Shown here: one piece after another, positions 62,877 through 64,000 of the stretch
Layout of the letters: every line of letters starts with the position of its first letter
Numbering within the stretch: the first letter of the stretch is position 1
Origin: Candidatus Kaiserbacteria bacterium CG10_big_fil_rev_8_21_14_0_10_47_16
Lineage (GTDB): Bacteria; Patescibacteriota; Minisyncoccia; Phycocordibacterales; UBA918
Length of the DNA: 64,000 nt
Assembly: GCA_002773395.1 (NCBI GenBank)
Contig: PFBI01000006.1
Location: 12,049 to 76,048, forward strand
Direction of reading: 5' to 3'
Program-made: the position numbers and the translations under genes
Notes under the pieces: generated by a model
What the model saw: only the letters and a program-made list of their open reading frames with translations
Databases searched by the model: none
What the model was told of the DNA's origin: nothing

Positions 62877-63686
62877 ATGCACTGGTTTCAACGCTATAAA
62901 AACTTTTTTACGCGTAGGGAAGTGCCGTACGTTTTTCTAGAAAAAGCTGTGGGCGAGACTCCCCTTGTTGCGCTTGAAAAATATCGCGCAGAGCATCCTG
63001 CGCTCACTGGTGTTCCTATGGCATACGCCGGCCGTCTTGATCCTATGGCGAGCGGGACGCTCCTTATACTCATTGGCGACGAATGCAAACAGCAGGAAAA
63101 GTATCACGCACTCGACAAAGAGTACGAATTCTCTGTGCTCTTTGGTGCTTCCTCTGATACAGGTGACGTCCTTGGGCGGATTACGGCGATGGACGCGCCG
63201 GATGTTAGCGAAGCTAACATCCGGCGCGTCCTCCCCACCCTCGTAGGTCCGATTACCCTTCCGTACCCACACTTCTCTTCAAAAACGGTCCGAGGAAAAC
63301 CACTCCACGTATGGACACTCGAAAACCGCCTCGATGAAATCGATATCCCAACATACACCAGTACCATTTACACACTGACGCTTAATACTGTTATACAAAA
63401 ATCCGGCGTAGATATTTCCAAGGAAGCGCTCACGAAGATTGAAACCATTCCACCCGTCACCGAAGCATCAAAAGCACTTGGAAGAGATTTTCGTAGAGAC
63501 GACGTACGGAAAGACTGGAAACAATTTGAAGAAACGCACGGGAGTGAAATCTACACAATTGCAACATTTACCTGCAAAGCATCTTCCGGCATGTACATGC
63601 GTTCCCTCTCTGAAATAATCGCGCAAAAGCTGGGTACCACAGGTCTTGCGTACGCTATCCACCGTACAAAGATTTTTCTAAGTTGA
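62877..63686 (+). CDS. truB: tRNA pseudouridine(55) synthase
   Basis: AYAGRLDPMASGTLLILIGDECK (catalytic Asp motif), ..YEFSVLFGASSDTGDVLGRI. Confidence 0.85.
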   Translation: MHWFQRYKNFFTRREVPYVFLEKAVGETPLVALEKYRAEHPALTGVPMAYAGRLDPMASGTLLILIGDECKQQEKYHALDKEYEFSVLFGASSDTGDVLGRITAMDAPDVSEANIRRVLPTLVGPITLPYPHFSSKTVRGKPLHVWTLENRLDEIDIPTYTSTIYTLTLNTVIQKSGVDISKEALTKIETIPPVTEASKALGRDFRRDDVRKDWKQFEETHGSEIYTIATFTCKASSGMYMRSLSEIIAQKLGTTGLAYAIHRTKIFLS

Positions 63687-63754
63687 CAAAGAGACCATTT
63701 CTGGGGTATAATATATTTAGATATTCACCCACTTTTAGACGAAAGAGGGCTGCG

Positions 63755-64000
63755 ATGCACATCGAAATCATCAAGTTTTCTTCCTACCACGTCACCGTCC
63801 TTATTAATGGAGTTGAGATCAATTTTATTGGATACCTCAATATCATTGAAAAGGATTCAGGCAATTGGATTTCCGACAAAGGGGCATTCTTTGCTGGAAA
63901 AAACTTGGCTCAGAAAGCCATGGGAGTTGCGCGGGAAATGAACGGTATGAAACCGTCTCGTAACAGTTTCTACGCAAAGAAAATTTTAGAGTGGCATTAC
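63755..64000 (+). CDS. hypothetical protein, 5' part (runs off the window end)
   Basis: SD AAAGAGGG 6 nt upstream of ATG; MHIEIIKFSSYHVTVLINGVEINFIGYLNIIEKDSGNW.... Confidence 0.4.
   Translation, partial: MHIEIIKFSSYHVTVLINGVEINFIGYLNIIEKDSGNWISDKGAFFAGKNLAQKAMGVAREMNGMKPSRNSFYAKKILEWHY

Noticed and set aside
1-64000. CRISPR arrays, DGR (reverse transcriptase with TR/VR), rRNA operons, transposases
   Set aside because: No short interspaced direct repeats, no RT or transposase motifs, and no rRNA-like conserved stretches were found on inspection.

Overview
This 64 kb window reads as a compact, gene-dense bacterial chromosome segment with about 47% GC. Nearly every gene is housekeeping: miaA, thrS, ddl, a contiguous uvrB-uvrA-uvrC block, tgt, two PPIases, rpmA, rplI, tsaD, valS, an RND efflux pair, rpsU, ybeY, ftsA, ftsZ, trxB, uppP, hpf, typA and truB. 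Several features fit a small-genome lineage such as Patescibacteria/CPR, which is inference, not a database result. These features are ThrRS without the TGS domain, a short UvrC without HhH2, an archaeal-like SIS sugar isomerase, and start codons that mostly lack Shine-Dalgarno (SD) sequences and often sit next to -10-like boxes. Two tRNA genes are present, tRNA-Val(GAC) on the plus strand and tRNA-Asn(GTT) on the minus strand. Both carry nearby imperfect direct repeats of their 3' ends, together with small SD-bearing ORFs (an XRE-like HTH gene, and two small ORFs of which one has a degenerate integrase-like tail). This pattern suggests remnants of integrated elements. The most unusual content is a cell-surface locus at 5.8-11.9 kb. 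It contains a roughly 1285-aa surface protein with a 140-aa Tyr/Asp/Gly-rich low-complexity segment, eleven tandem 83-aa Cys-bracketed Ig-like repeats that are near-identical at the DNA level, and an LPXTG-like VPYTG+TM anchor followed by an atypical 130-aa tail. Immediately upstream sits a higher-GC three-gene cassette whose products carry Sec, lipoprotein and Tat signals, all with canonical SD sites. Other points of interest are candidate structured RNAs between uvrB/uvrA and ftsZ/trxB, a secreted SLT-like gene with no canonical start codon, a lone UvrD-helicase/RecB-nuclease fusion, and a tRNA-Asn-to-DEAD-box cluster of small secreted and membrane proteins. No CRISPR array, reverse transcriptase or rRNA was seen.
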